From contig CAUTUX010000002.1 of NCBI GenBank assembly GCA_963542015.1, positions 29,415 to 93,414 of the forward strand: a stretch of 64,000 nucleotides of DNA, written 5' to 3'. This document shows, one piece after another, positions 37,725 to 46,207 of this stretch (position 1 is the stretch's first letter; every line of letters starts with the position of its first letter). A model generated the notes under the pieces. That model was not told where the DNA came from. It saw only the letters and a list, made by a program, of their open reading frames with translations, and searched no databases. Origin of the DNA: an uncultured Clostridia bacterium. GTDB lineage: Bacteria > Bacillota > Clostridia > Christensenellales > CAG-917. The position numbers and the translations under genes are program-made.

Positions 37725-38585
37725 TTACTTGTGCATAAATATTACACCATATGTGCCTGGACCACAATGTGCTCCTATAACTGGTCCTATTGGTTGCCGT
37801 ATTATTGAAGCTCCTTCTATATTTTCTTTTACATCTTTCTCAAGTGCGTCCCCAACTTCTGCGTTATCTGCATCGACAATATATATCGGAGCATCATCTA
37901 TATTTGCGTATGTTTCTAAGACTTTATTCAGAATATATCTATATGCTTTTTTTAAGCCATTAACTTTTGTTTCAATATCTATTTCTCCGTCTTTATTAAC
38001 TGTTAAGATTGGTTTTATATGCATTACATTTGCGATAGTTGCTTTAGTTTTAGAGATTCTTCCTCCTCTAGATAGGTAAATCAAATCATCAACTACAAAT
38101 AAAATCGACACTTTATCTCGTATACTTTCAAGATATTCATATGTTTTATCAATGTCGCAATTGTGTGACTTAAAATATTTTGCTCCAAGGTAGACTAAAA
38201 TCCCTGCCCCAAGACATATATTTAATGTGTCGAATCTCTTGAACTTAACATTCGGATATTTTTCGTGAAGCATCGCAACTGCGTGATCCATATGAATAAA
38301 TGTTGAGGACATCTTCGAAGAAAAAGCTATATACAAAATATCTTCTCCCTTTTTGAAATATGGCTCAAAATATTCAATATAAGCACTTTCATTAAGTCCT
38401 GCAGTAACTACTTTTGAGCCCTTTTTCATTTTGCTGAAAAAATCTGCAATGTCTATTTCTCGTCCGAGGTCATAAAGATATTCTTCACCATCGACAATAT
38501 ATGGCATTTTAATTACTTCTATTCCTAGTTCGTCAGCAGATGTATACCACAACTCACAATCTGTATCACAAAAAAGTACTGACAT
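37725..38585 (-). CDS. DegV-family fatty-acid-binding protein
   Basis: ATG 38585 follows GGAGGA. MSVLFCDTDCELWY...YLSRGGRISK is DegV-like. Length about 286 aa. Confidence 0.8.
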   Translation of the reverse strand: MSVLFCDTDCELWYTSADELGIEVIKMPYIVDGEEYLYDLGREIDIADFFSKMKKGSKVVTAGLNESAYIEYFEPYFKKGEDILYIAFSSKMSSTFIHMDHAVAMLHEKYPNVKFKRFDTLNICLGAGILVYLGAKYFKSHNCDIDKTYEYLESIRDKVSILFVVDDLIYLSRGGRISKTKATIANVMHIKPILTVNKDGEIDIETKVNGLKKAYRYILNKVLETYANIDDAPIYIVDADNAEVGDALEKDVKENIEGASIIRQPIGPVIGAHCGPGTYGVIFMHK

Positions 38586-38752
38586 CTTATGTCCTCCTAC
38601 CAAAAAAAGTTCAATAGTGTTATACCACAAAAATTTTTATACAACAAACTACTAATTTTTTTGGTTTTAAATAATTATAGTGTGTCTATTCGGGTATTTT
38701 TTAAAATTCACCCTCGAATATAAGTATAAATATTTTTATACTTTAATTTTTT

Positions 38753-38781
38753 TTGACATGTTTTTTCTGTTAATATAATAT
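38753..38781 (+). promoter_or_regulatory. promoter of rpsF-ssb-rpsR
   Basis: TTGACA (38753-38758), 17 nt, TAATAT (38776-38781). Confidence 0.55.
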
Positions 38782-38843
38782 TATATGACTTGAAAGAGTT
38801 AATCCTTTCTCGTAAGAGACAAAAGACCATAAGGAGGTATGCG

Positions 38844-39125
38844 ATGAATAAATATGAAATTCTTTACATTATTCGTTGTGATGTTGAAGAGGACAAAAGA
38901 GCTTCTTTAGTTCAAAAGTATCAGGATGTCGTCACTGGTTTTTCTGGAACGATCGATTCTGTTGAGGAATTAGGCATGAAAAAGTTTGCCTATGAAATCG
39001 ACAAGAGACCTGAAGGATACTATGTATTAATGAATGTTACTTGCCCAGCCGAAGCTCAATTCGAAGTTGACAGACAAATGCGTAATGACGAAAACATTGT
39101 TCGCCAAATGATAATTGCAAAATAG
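38844..39125 (+). CDS. rpsF: 30S ribosomal protein S6
   Basis: MNKYEILYIIR... follows TAAGGAGG. Canonical S6 N-terminus and gene order. Confidence 0.92.
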   Translation: MNKYEILYIIRCDVEEDKRASLVQKYQDVVTGFSGTIDSVEELGMKKFAYEIDKRPEGYYVLMNVTCPAEAQFEVDRQMRNDENIVRQMIIAK

Positions 39126-39139
39126 GGAGGGAATTATTT

Positions 39140-39514
39140 ATGAATAAAGCGATTTTGATAGGAAATCTTACAAAAGATCCGATTTTAAATAAAACTGCAT
39201 CTGGTTTAAGTTTTTGCCGTTTCACTGTAGCGATTAATAGTTTTGCCGATAGACCGGCTGACTTTGTTCCTATTGTTGCATGGGAAAAAGTTGCAGATAA
39301 CTGCATGAAATTTTTAAAAAAGGGTTCTAAGGTTGCTGTTGATGGAACATTACGTTCAAACAGTTATGAGGATCAGAATGGTGAGCGTAAATTTACTCTC
39401 GATGTTACTGCTTCAAGAGTAGAATTTTTATCAACCACACCTGTAAGAGAAGACAACTCTCATCCTACAGAATTCAGTGAGGTTACAGCTATTAACGATA
39501 ACCTCGGTTTTTAA
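39140..39514 (+). CDS. ssb: single-stranded DNA-binding protein (short form)
   Basis: MNKAILIGNLTKDP...VAWEKVADNC OB-fold blocks. C-terminal NDNLGF is a variant of the DDxPF tail. Confidence 0.9.
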   Translation: MNKAILIGNLTKDPILNKTASGLSFCRFTVAINSFADRPADFVPIVAWEKVADNCMKFLKKGSKVAVDGTLRSNSYEDQNGERKFTLDVTASRVEFLSTTPVREDNSHPTEFSEVTAINDNLGF

Positions 39515-39526
39515 GGAGATTTAATA

Positions 39527-39781
39527 ATGGAAAACGAAACAAAAAGCTATTCTAATGGACATCAAAAAAGAACACCTAAGAAGAAAGTATGCCACTTTTG
39601 CGTAGAACATATATCTGACATTGATTATAAAGATACTGCTCTGCTCCGTCGTTTTATAACGGAAAAAGGCAAAATCAATCCAAGGAGAGCTACTGGTGTT
39701 TGTGCAAAACATCAGAGACTTTTAGCAAACGCAATTAAGCGTGCTAGAGTTATGGCTTTGTTACCTTTCAAGGCTGACTAA
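39527..39781 (+). CDS. rpsR: 30S ribosomal protein S18
   Basis: KKKVCHFC...[33 protein letters not shown]. Confidence 0.92.
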   Translation: MENETKSYSNGHQKRTPKKKVCHFCVEHISDIDYKDTALLRRFITEKGKINPRRATGVCAKHQRLLANAIKRARVMALLPFKAD

Positions 39782-39816
39782 TTTAATATAAGATATTCGA
39801 GTTTTAACATCTTACT

Positions 39817-41172
39817 GTGAGTACTAAAAAGACACCTCAAAACAAGAAACAGACACCTGTTTTTGCTATTGTCGTTACTTTAACATTACTTATATTGCTT
39901 TCAATTGCGACAGCCTTTTTGATTTTTAGATTTGTATTCCCAGAGCAATTTAATAAGATCTTCCACATTAATAAGTCAAATAATGGAAATAACAAGGCAC
40001 CTCAAACGCCTCATGAAAAACAACCAAATGTGCCACTTTATGACGGATCTTTAACGGCAACATTTATTGATGTAAAGCAAGGAGATAGTATGCTCCTCAC
40101 ATTACCAGATAAGAGAACAATGCTGATAGATGGCGGAGACAGATCACAAAGGGATAATGTCATCAATTTGCTAAAATCGTTAAATATTACATACCTTGAT
40201 TATGTAATGTTGACGCATACAGATGAAGATCATTGTGGTAGCTTAGATGATGTTATTAGGGAATATAAAAACAAAATAGGAATTATCTATCTTCCAAAAA
40301 TTCAATCAAAAAATAATTCTCTAAAAAACTTAAGTAAAAAATACAGAACAATTACAACTAAGGCTTATCAAGATATTGTTGATGCTGCCCTCTCCTCTGG
40401 AGGAAAGGTTGAATATACTGTGGATAAAATTGTTTTGAATGGGAAAGGCTACACTATCACCATGTTCTGCCGAGATGAGAATTATTACACAAACAACATG
40501 AATGGATTTAAGAGCAAGCCCACCGCTCAATGGCTAAACGATGTATCTCCAATAACTGTAATAGAATATAATGGAAGGAAACTTGTAGTAACGGGAGACG
40601 CAAATGGAAAAAAGTACTCACCTAAATACAGTGCCGAACATAACTGGATAAACCAGATGCAGAGTAATGGAATAAGTGATGATGATTTTGATGCTGATGT
40701 TTTAAAGGTAGGACATCATGGTTCTGATGGATCATCTTCGACAGATTTCCTTGAATACATTGATTGTGAATATGCGGTTGTATCTTCTAACAAAGGAACT
40801 GAAGCTGTCGATAAATCAAAGAAGTATTCTCCATTTTTAAGTACAGACTTTTTAAATAAAAATTTACACTTAACCAATTTCTTTTCAGAAAGAAAATATG
40901 GTCACCCTACAGAAGAAGTTTGCGGTGAAAATGGTCGTCTCGCAAAAGCTCATTTTAAAGAGATTTATTATACTTCTCTACATGGAAATATTTTTGTTCA
41001 AATCACAAAAGAAGGTAGGCTTGTATTTTCAACCACATATGCTCCTGTTGAAGAGTCTTCAGGAATTTCTTTTAAAAAGAATGAAAAACATAAAAATGAA
41101 AACTTTATAATCAAAGTTAGATCTATCTTTATTATTTCTTTTAGTGAAATTAAAAAGTTTTTAAATCAATAA
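39817..41172 (+). CDS. TM-anchored metallo-beta-lactamase-fold protein (ComEC C-terminal-domain-like)
   Basis: GTG start with an N-terminal TM. FIDVKQGDSMLL...IDGGD, HTDEDHCGS (HxHxDH variant), VGHHGSDGSS. Confidence 0.7.
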   Translation: MSTKKTPQNKKQTPVFAIVVTLTLLILLSIATAFLIFRFVFPEQFNKIFHINKSNNGNNKAPQTPHEKQPNVPLYDGSLTATFIDVKQGDSMLLTLPDKRTMLIDGGDRSQRDNVINLLKSLNITYLDYVMLTHTDEDHCGSLDDVIREYKNKIGIIYLPKIQSKNNSLKNLSKKYRTITTKAYQDIVDAALSSGGKVEYTVDKIVLNGKGYTITMFCRDENYYTNNMNGFKSKPTAQWLNDVSPITVIEYNGRKLVVTGDANGKKYSPKYSAEHNWINQMQSNGISDDDFDADVLKVGHHGSDGSSSTDFLEYIDCEYAVVSSNKGTEAVDKSKKYSPFLSTDFLNKNLHLTNFFSERKYGHPTEEVCGENGRLAKAHFKEIYYTSLHGNIFVQITKEGRLVFSTTYAPVEESSGISFKKNEKHKNENFIIKVRSIFIISFSEIKKFLNQ

Positions 41173-42599
41173 CTCTTTGCGAAATAGACCATGTGTTTTG
41201 CTTTTTTCCCACAACACACACATTTGGTGCCAAGTTGTTCTTCGTTAAAAGGAATCACTCTTGTTGATGCTGATGTCTGCTCTTTTATTTTGTCTTCACA
41301 CGCTCTATCCCCACACCACATTGCCTTAACAAATTTTTTATTATCAACAGCCTCTTTTAGTTCTTGAACATTTTTTGCTGCTACAATATTTTTCTTCAAT
41401 TGTTCTTGCGACTTCTTATACATAGATGTTGTTATCTCATCTAGTATTGCGGGTATCTTATCAAGATTGTCTAATGAGAGATTCTGTTTTTCTAGTGTAT
41501 CTCTTCTCACAACCACCATTTGATTATTTTCGATATCTCTCGGACCTATTTCTATCCTTATTGGAACTCCCTTCATTTCCCACTCGTTAAACTTCCAACC
41601 TGGACTTTGTTCTCTATCATCCATATCGCAACGAACATTAAGTTTTAATAGCTCTTGTTTTATCTGCTCAGCCTTTTCAAGAACTCCTTCTTTGTGCATC
41701 GCAACTGGTACAACAATTGCTTGTATTGGTGCAACTTTTGGAGGTAGCTTTAATCCACGCTCATCACCGTGTGCCATTATTAGAGCTCCTATTAATCTTG
41801 TAGAACTTCCCCAGCTCGTTTGATATGGGTTTCTGATTTCTCCATCTTTATCCAAATATTGTATCTTAAATGCTTTTGAAAAATTTTGTCCCAAATAGTG
41901 GGATGTTCCTGCTTGTAAGGATTTCCCATCAAGCATCATTGCTTCCATAGAATAAGTATCAACTGCCCCTGCAAATTTTTCTTTTTGAGTTTTTCTTCCA
42001 GTCAAAACATCTATTGCCAAAACATTTTGCATAAACTCTCTATATACTTCTAGCATTTTTAATGTTTCTTCTTCTGCTTCCTCTTTTGTTTGATGAAGTG
42101 TGTGTCCTTCTTGCCACAGGAATTCACTAGTTCTTAGAAATGGTCTTGTTGTTTTTTCCCAACGTACTACATTTGCCCACTGGTTAATTAACAAAGGAAG
42201 ATCCCTGTAGCTTTTTACCCATTTTGAATACATGTCACATATTATTGTTTCAGATGTTGGTCTTACTACCAACTTTTCTTCCAAAGGTGTATCCCCCACA
42301 TGTGTTACCAATGCGACTTCAGGGGCAAATCCTTCTACATGCTCAGCTTCTTTTAACAAATAACTGTATGGGATAAATAATGGGAAATATGCGTTTTTAT
42401 GCCCTGTCTGCTTAAATCTTCTATCCATTTCTTCTTTAATATGTTCCCATATTTCAAAGCCGTACGGACGAATTACCATTGTTCCCTTAACTGGACCATA
42501 ATCAACAAGTTCCGTCTTGAGTATTACATCTGTATACCACTGCGGAAAATTTTCATTTATATCTGCTATTTCTTGTACAAAAATTTTTTTATCAGGCAT
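41166..42599 (-). CDS. proS: proline--tRNA ligase (archaeal/eukaryote-like short form)
   Basis: 477 aa with class IIa motifs and a C-terminal CVCCGKKAKHMVYFAKSY ending in Tyr. TAGGAGAG SD. Confidence 0.9.
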   Translation of the reverse strand: MPDKKIFVQEIADINENFPQWYTDVILKTELVDYGPVKGTMVIRPYGFEIWEHIKEEMDRRFKQTGHKNAYFPLFIPYSYLLKEAEHVEGFAPEVALVTHVGDTPLEEKLVVRPTSETIICDMYSKWVKSYRDLPLLINQWANVVRWEKTTRPFLRTSEFLWQEGHTLHQTKEEAEEETLKMLEVYREFMQNVLAIDVLTGRKTQKEKFAGAVDTYSMEAMMLDGKSLQAGTSHYLGQNFSKAFKIQYLDKDGEIRNPYQTSWGSSTRLIGALIMAHGDERGLKLPPKVAPIQAIVVPVAMHKEGVLEKAEQIKQELLKLNVRCDMDDREQSPGWKFNEWEMKGVPIRIEIGPRDIENNQMVVVRRDTLEKQNLSLDNLDKIPAILDEITTSMYKKSQEQLKKNIVAAKNVQELKEAVDNKKFVKAMWCGDRACEDKIKEQTSASTRVIPFNEEQLGTKCVCCGKKAKHMVYFAKSY

Positions 42600-42606
42600 T
42601 TCTCTC

Positions 42607-42999
42607 CTAAAAGTCGTCCTCTTCTTCCTCGACTTCTATTTCTTCTATATCTTCGTCTCCATCACCAAATTCATCTTTTATTTCTTCTGGGATGTCGCCT
42701 TCGATTTCCATTTCGTCTTCATCTTCTTCTATTTCAGACTCATCGTTTTCAATATCTTCTTCTGCATCTGTAATATTTTCCACAAATGTTTTTCCTTCTT
42801 CATCTTCTCCCAGTAAGCGTTCTCTATCAACTTCTCCATCCATGTTTTCATATTCGCTATCTAACAACTCATCATCTATATCGCCAAACAAAACTATTGG
42901 ACTTGCCTTTCCTAACTGTGCCTTACAGACATTACAGTATTTTTCTCCATTATCCATCCAGTTGATTTCACACCTAGGACATATTACCTTTGCACCCAT
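42607..42999 (-). CDS. zinc-ribbon protein with an extremely acidic tail
   Basis: ATG 42999 follows GGAG (the ORF-track 43011 is TTG). CPRCEINW...YCNVCK is followed by about 95 aa rich in D/E. Confidence 0.6.
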   Translation of the reverse strand: MGAKVICPRCEINWMDNGEKYCNVCKAQLGKASPIVLFGDIDDELLDSEYENMDGEVDRERLLGEDEEGKTFVENITDAEEDIENDESEIEEDEDEMEIEGDIPEEIKDEFGDGDEDIEEIEVEEEEDDF

Positions 43000-43100
43000 G
43001 TATATCTCCAAAATACTTCTTTTTTTATGCTATATAACTAATAAATAAAGCCCCACTTGTCAACTAAAAACCATATATGTTTTTATCTTAAAAATAAATA

Positions 43101-43127
43101 AAGGACGTCTTTAATCCGTCCTTTTTC
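43101..43127 (-). terminator. intrinsic terminator downstream of the tRNA pair
   Basis: AAAGGACGtctttaatCCGTCCTTT, with T-rich sequence on the minus-strand 3' side. Confidence 0.7.
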
Positions 43128-43129
43128 TC

Positions 43130-43206
43130 TGGTTGGATTGAGTGGACTCGAACCACCGACCCCCACCTTATCAGAGTGGTGCTCTAACCGACTGAGCTAC
43201 AATCCA
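43130..43206 (-). tRNA. tRNA-Ile (anticodon GAU), CCA encoded
   Basis: Minus strand: TGGATTGTAGCTCAGTCGGTTAGAGCACCACTCTGATAAGGTGGGGGTCGGTGGTTCGAGTCCACTCAATCCAACCA. The cloverleaf folds by hand and the anticodon loop is CU-GAU-AA. The first acceptor pair is U1-A72. Confidence 0.9.
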
Positions 43207-43213
43207 TTATTGT

Positions 43214-43289
43214 TGGTGGAGATATACGGACTCGAACCGAAGACCCCCTGAATGCAAATCAGGTGCTCTACCAACTGAGCTATACCCCC
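43214..43289 (-). tRNA. tRNA-Ala (anticodon UGC), CCA encoded
   Basis: GGGGGTATAGCTCAGTTGGTAGAGCACCTGATTTGCATTCAGGGGGTCTTCGGTTCGAGTCCGTATATCTCCACCA. The G3-U70 identity pair is present. Confidence 0.92.
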
Positions 43290-43303
43290 AAAGAATATTA
43301 GAA

Positions 43304-43332
43304 ATATTAACACCCCTCTTTTTCTTTGTCAA
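43304..43332 (-). promoter_or_regulatory. promoter of the tRNA-Ala/Ile pair
   Basis: Minus strand: TTGACA (43332-43327), 17 nt, TAATAT (43309-43304). Confidence 0.55.
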
Positions 43333-43451
43333 TTAAAATTTTGTTTGAGACAATATCATCTAAAATTCCAGTGAAGACATATCTATTGCTGTAAAAATTA
43401 ATTTTACATACATCAGAGTCATTACTGTTCTTCACTCATTTAATACGATTG

Positions 43452-44405
43452 TTACCACTGACGATCTATTGAAACTACTGTTTCTGGCATCTTTATTATT
43501 TGTATATCAAATTTTAAACTTGTTTCTACTTTTGTTGATGCATTATGAATTCTGAAACTGAACTGCCATCCATAATCTAGGCATAACTCTAATGTGTTTT
43601 TACTCCCCAGTTTGTATCCCAGGCTTACTATTCGTGTTGGAAGCACTGTTGTCGGCACATTAATATTTGTTTTACTATTATGCCCATGTTGATTTAATGT
43701 TCCTCTCAAATTAAAACATTGAATCCTCGTTGTTCTTATACTATCAATTCCAATAACTTTATAAAAATCGAACTTACCAAGTAAATACTCCGTCAATTTC
43801 CTCAGCATATCTTTACCAAAACTACTGCTTCGTCGTTCTAATTCATTTTTAAAAGCGTTTAATACTGGTACATACACCTCTTCTTCTTTGTTTGGCAGAT
43901 CATTCCACTTGGAAGCTTTTTTCTTCTCAACTTCAAGATAATCAAATACTGGTTTAATTTCTTGCCAATACTGTTCTGAACAATCTATCCCATACCATTT
44001 TCTTCCAAAATCCAAACTTTTTGACAATCTACAATGTTTAACCGCAAAGTGATTGTGCTTAATACTAAGCCCTATTTCCCATTGAGTTCCATATTTAATG
44101 ATCAGAACATCTCTTACATCTCCTTCTTTCCCCTTATTATCCGACTGAATTTTTAATATTACTTCTTCCTCGTTATTCTCAAAAATTAAAGGCTCAAGAT
44201 CAAATAGACCATCAACTCCTGCTATAGCACTTTGTCTATACATTTCCTTTTGTGCTATATCTAAAGTGTACCACGCTATTTCCGCTGTAAAATAATTTTT
44301 GTTTTTTTCTATTTTGGCTGATCTTCTTTTAGATATTTCTTCAAACAAAACCATTAAATAAGTAAACTCATATGCTCGTCCCTGATCATTGCTTCTATTA
44401 CTCAT
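43452..44405 (-). CDS. type II restriction endonuclease, HaeIII-family-like
   Basis: ATG 44405 ([14 protein letters not shown]...) overlaps the methylase stop by 8 nt (ATGAGTAA). Paired with an M.HaeIII-like methylase. Family assignment is from context and N-terminal recollection only. Confidence 0.6.
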   Translation of the reverse strand: MSNRSNDQGRAYEFTYLMVLFEEISKRRSAKIEKNKNYFTAEIAWYTLDIAQKEMYRQSAIAGVDGLFDLEPLIFENNEEEVILKIQSDNKGKEGDVRDVLIIKYGTQWEIGLSIKHNHFAVKHCRLSKSLDFGRKWYGIDCSEQYWQEIKPVFDYLEVEKKKASKWNDLPNKEEEVYVPVLNAFKNELERRSSSFGKDMLRKLTEYLLGKFDFYKVIGIDSIRTTRIQCFNLRGTLNQHGHNSKTNINVPTTVLPTRIVSLGYKLGSKNTLELCLDYGWQFSFRIHNASTKVETSLKFDIQIIKMPETVVSIDRQW

Positions 44406-45435
44406 TTTCAATTTCTCTCTCAAACTGCGTAGATGATTTATCTGCATTCTCATTTAAATTATTTAAAGATTCCATAATTGCTTTGGCCATTTCGTAAGCA
44501 AGATTTATAGGAACTGCATTACCTATCATCTTATATGCATCATTTATATTCGTATAATAAAATTTAAAGTCGTCTGGAAATCCTTGAATTCTTGCACATT
44601 CTCGTACTGTCAATCTTCTATACAATTTTTCTTTACCCTGTACAAATATGTGTTTATCACGCTCTACTTTCGGCATAGTCGGTGCCTGTGGATGTATTTG
44701 ACATTGTCTCCCAGAAGCTTGAATTGTGAACGCTTGCTCATCCCACTGTCTAACTCTATTTCGACTCATAAATATTGGCGAATACTCCCCAATATAATAT
44801 TCATGATTTAATACTGCACATTTGTCTCCATTGCTTTTATTCTTTACCAATGCTGGAATCGCAGAATCCTGCAAATCAGCAATGATATCTCTAAGCGTTG
44901 ACTTCTTTTTATAAAATTTTGGCTGTTCAAACATAATGTGCAAGTCTTTTCTAAAACCTACATAAAATACCCTCTTTCTGTCTTGAGGAACTCCATAGTC
45001 ACTGGCATTTAATAAATAAACGAATACATCATACCCTATCTCTTTAAACTTAGAAACAATCTTTTCCACTGCTTCATTATGTCGCTTTGCCATCATCCCT
45101 TTTACATTTTCCGCAAGAAAGAACTTTGGTTTCTTATCTTTTAAAATACGAATGTACTGATAAAACAACTGCCCTCTTGGGTCATCAATTCCTTTAAGAG
45201 AGCCTGCTTCACTCCACGATTGACATGGAGGACCTCCTATAATTCCATCGCAATTCGGAAATGTGTCTGAATGGATTTTACAAATATCTCCTTTTATAAG
45301 CTTTGCTCTATGGTTTTTTTCATATGTTTCCCAAATTGTAGTATCATACTCATTTGCTGCGACTATATTAAACCCCGCTTTCTTAAACCCCAAATCTAAT
45401 CCTCCAGCTCCTGAAAATAAACTTATCACATCCAT
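44398..45435 (-). CDS. DNA (cytosine-5) methyltransferase, M.HaeIII-like (probable GGCC)
   Basis: Motifs [11 protein letters not shown] (I), GGPPCQSWS (IV), ENVKGM (VI), [11 protein letters not shown] (VIII), GNAVP (X). The variable-region block [43 protein letters not shown] is nearly identical to M.HaeIII as I remember it. Confidence 0.8.
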   Translation of the reverse strand: MDVISLFSGAGGLDLGFKKAGFNIVAANEYDTTIWETYEKNHRAKLIKGDICKIHSDTFPNCDGIIGGPPCQSWSEAGSLKGIDDPRGQLFYQYIRILKDKKPKFFLAENVKGMMAKRHNEAVEKIVSKFKEIGYDVFVYLLNASDYGVPQDRKRVFYVGFRKDLHIMFEQPKFYKKKSTLRDIIADLQDSAIPALVKNKSNGDKCAVLNHEYYIGEYSPIFMSRNRVRQWDEQAFTIQASGRQCQIHPQAPTMPKVERDKHIFVQGKEKLYRRLTVRECARIQGFPDDFKFYYTNINDAYKMIGNAVPINLAYEMAKAIMESLNNLNENADKSSTQFEREIENE

Positions 45436-45556
45436 TTCATATCCTCTTGTATTGAATAAATATTTTGCAACGCATTTGTTTTGCTTTATTTTTCACAATA
45501 TTATTCAATATTTTAAATTTCTTGTCTTTTATTTTAAGCACTTACTCTAACTTCGT

Positions 45557-46207
45557 TTAGCATTTTACCCAAATTATTTCTTCTAATCCATATTTTTTTA
45601 AATATTCGTTTGTTTTCTTAAAATGACCGCATCCTAAGAATCCTCTATGAGCCGATAGAGGTGATGGATGAGAAGTTGTTAAAACAATTTGTTTTGGATT
45701 ATTCAAAACCTGTTTAAATTGTATTGCCGAATTCCCCCACAAAAGATATACAATGTGCTGTGGCATGCTGTTTAATATTTTAATTATTCCGTTTGTTATA
45801 TCCTTCCAACCAATTTTTACATGTGAATTTGCATTACCTTTTGATACAGTAAGGGTCGTATTTAATAAAAGCACTCCTTGATGTGCCCAATCAAACAAAG
45901 TTGTATCAGTTGGCATTTGCCCATATTCATGCTTTATTTCTTTAAAAATATTAATTAATGATGGTGGTGTCCGTACCCCTTTATTAACTGCAAACGCAAA
46001 TCCATTGGCTTGACCCTTTTCATGGTATGGATCCTGCCCGATAATTACAACTTTCACATTTTCTGGCGAGACTTCTTGAATTGCTCTAAATATGTTTTCT
46101 TTACTTGGGTAATATTCTTCATTCTCAAGTTTACTTAATACTTTCTCAATCTTTCCTCTAAGATTAAATTTATCAAAGTATGCTGACCATCCTCCAAAAT
46201 CTATCAA
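45557..46207 (-). CDS. ung: uracil-DNA glycosylase, family 1
   Basis: GQDPYH and HPSPLSA motifs. TTG start overlaps the MFS stop (TTGA) with GGGAG upstream. Confidence 0.88.
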   Translation of the reverse strand: MIDFGGWSAYFDKFNLRGKIEKVLSKLENEEYYPSKENIFRAIQEVSPENVKVVIIGQDPYHEKGQANGFAFAVNKGVRTPPSLINIFKEIKHEYGQMPTDTTLFDWAHQGVLLLNTTLTVSKGNANSHVKIGWKDITNGIIKILNSMPQHIVYLLWGNSAIQFKQVLNNPKQIVLTTSHPSPLSAHRGFLGCGHFKKTNEYLKKYGLEEIIWVKC

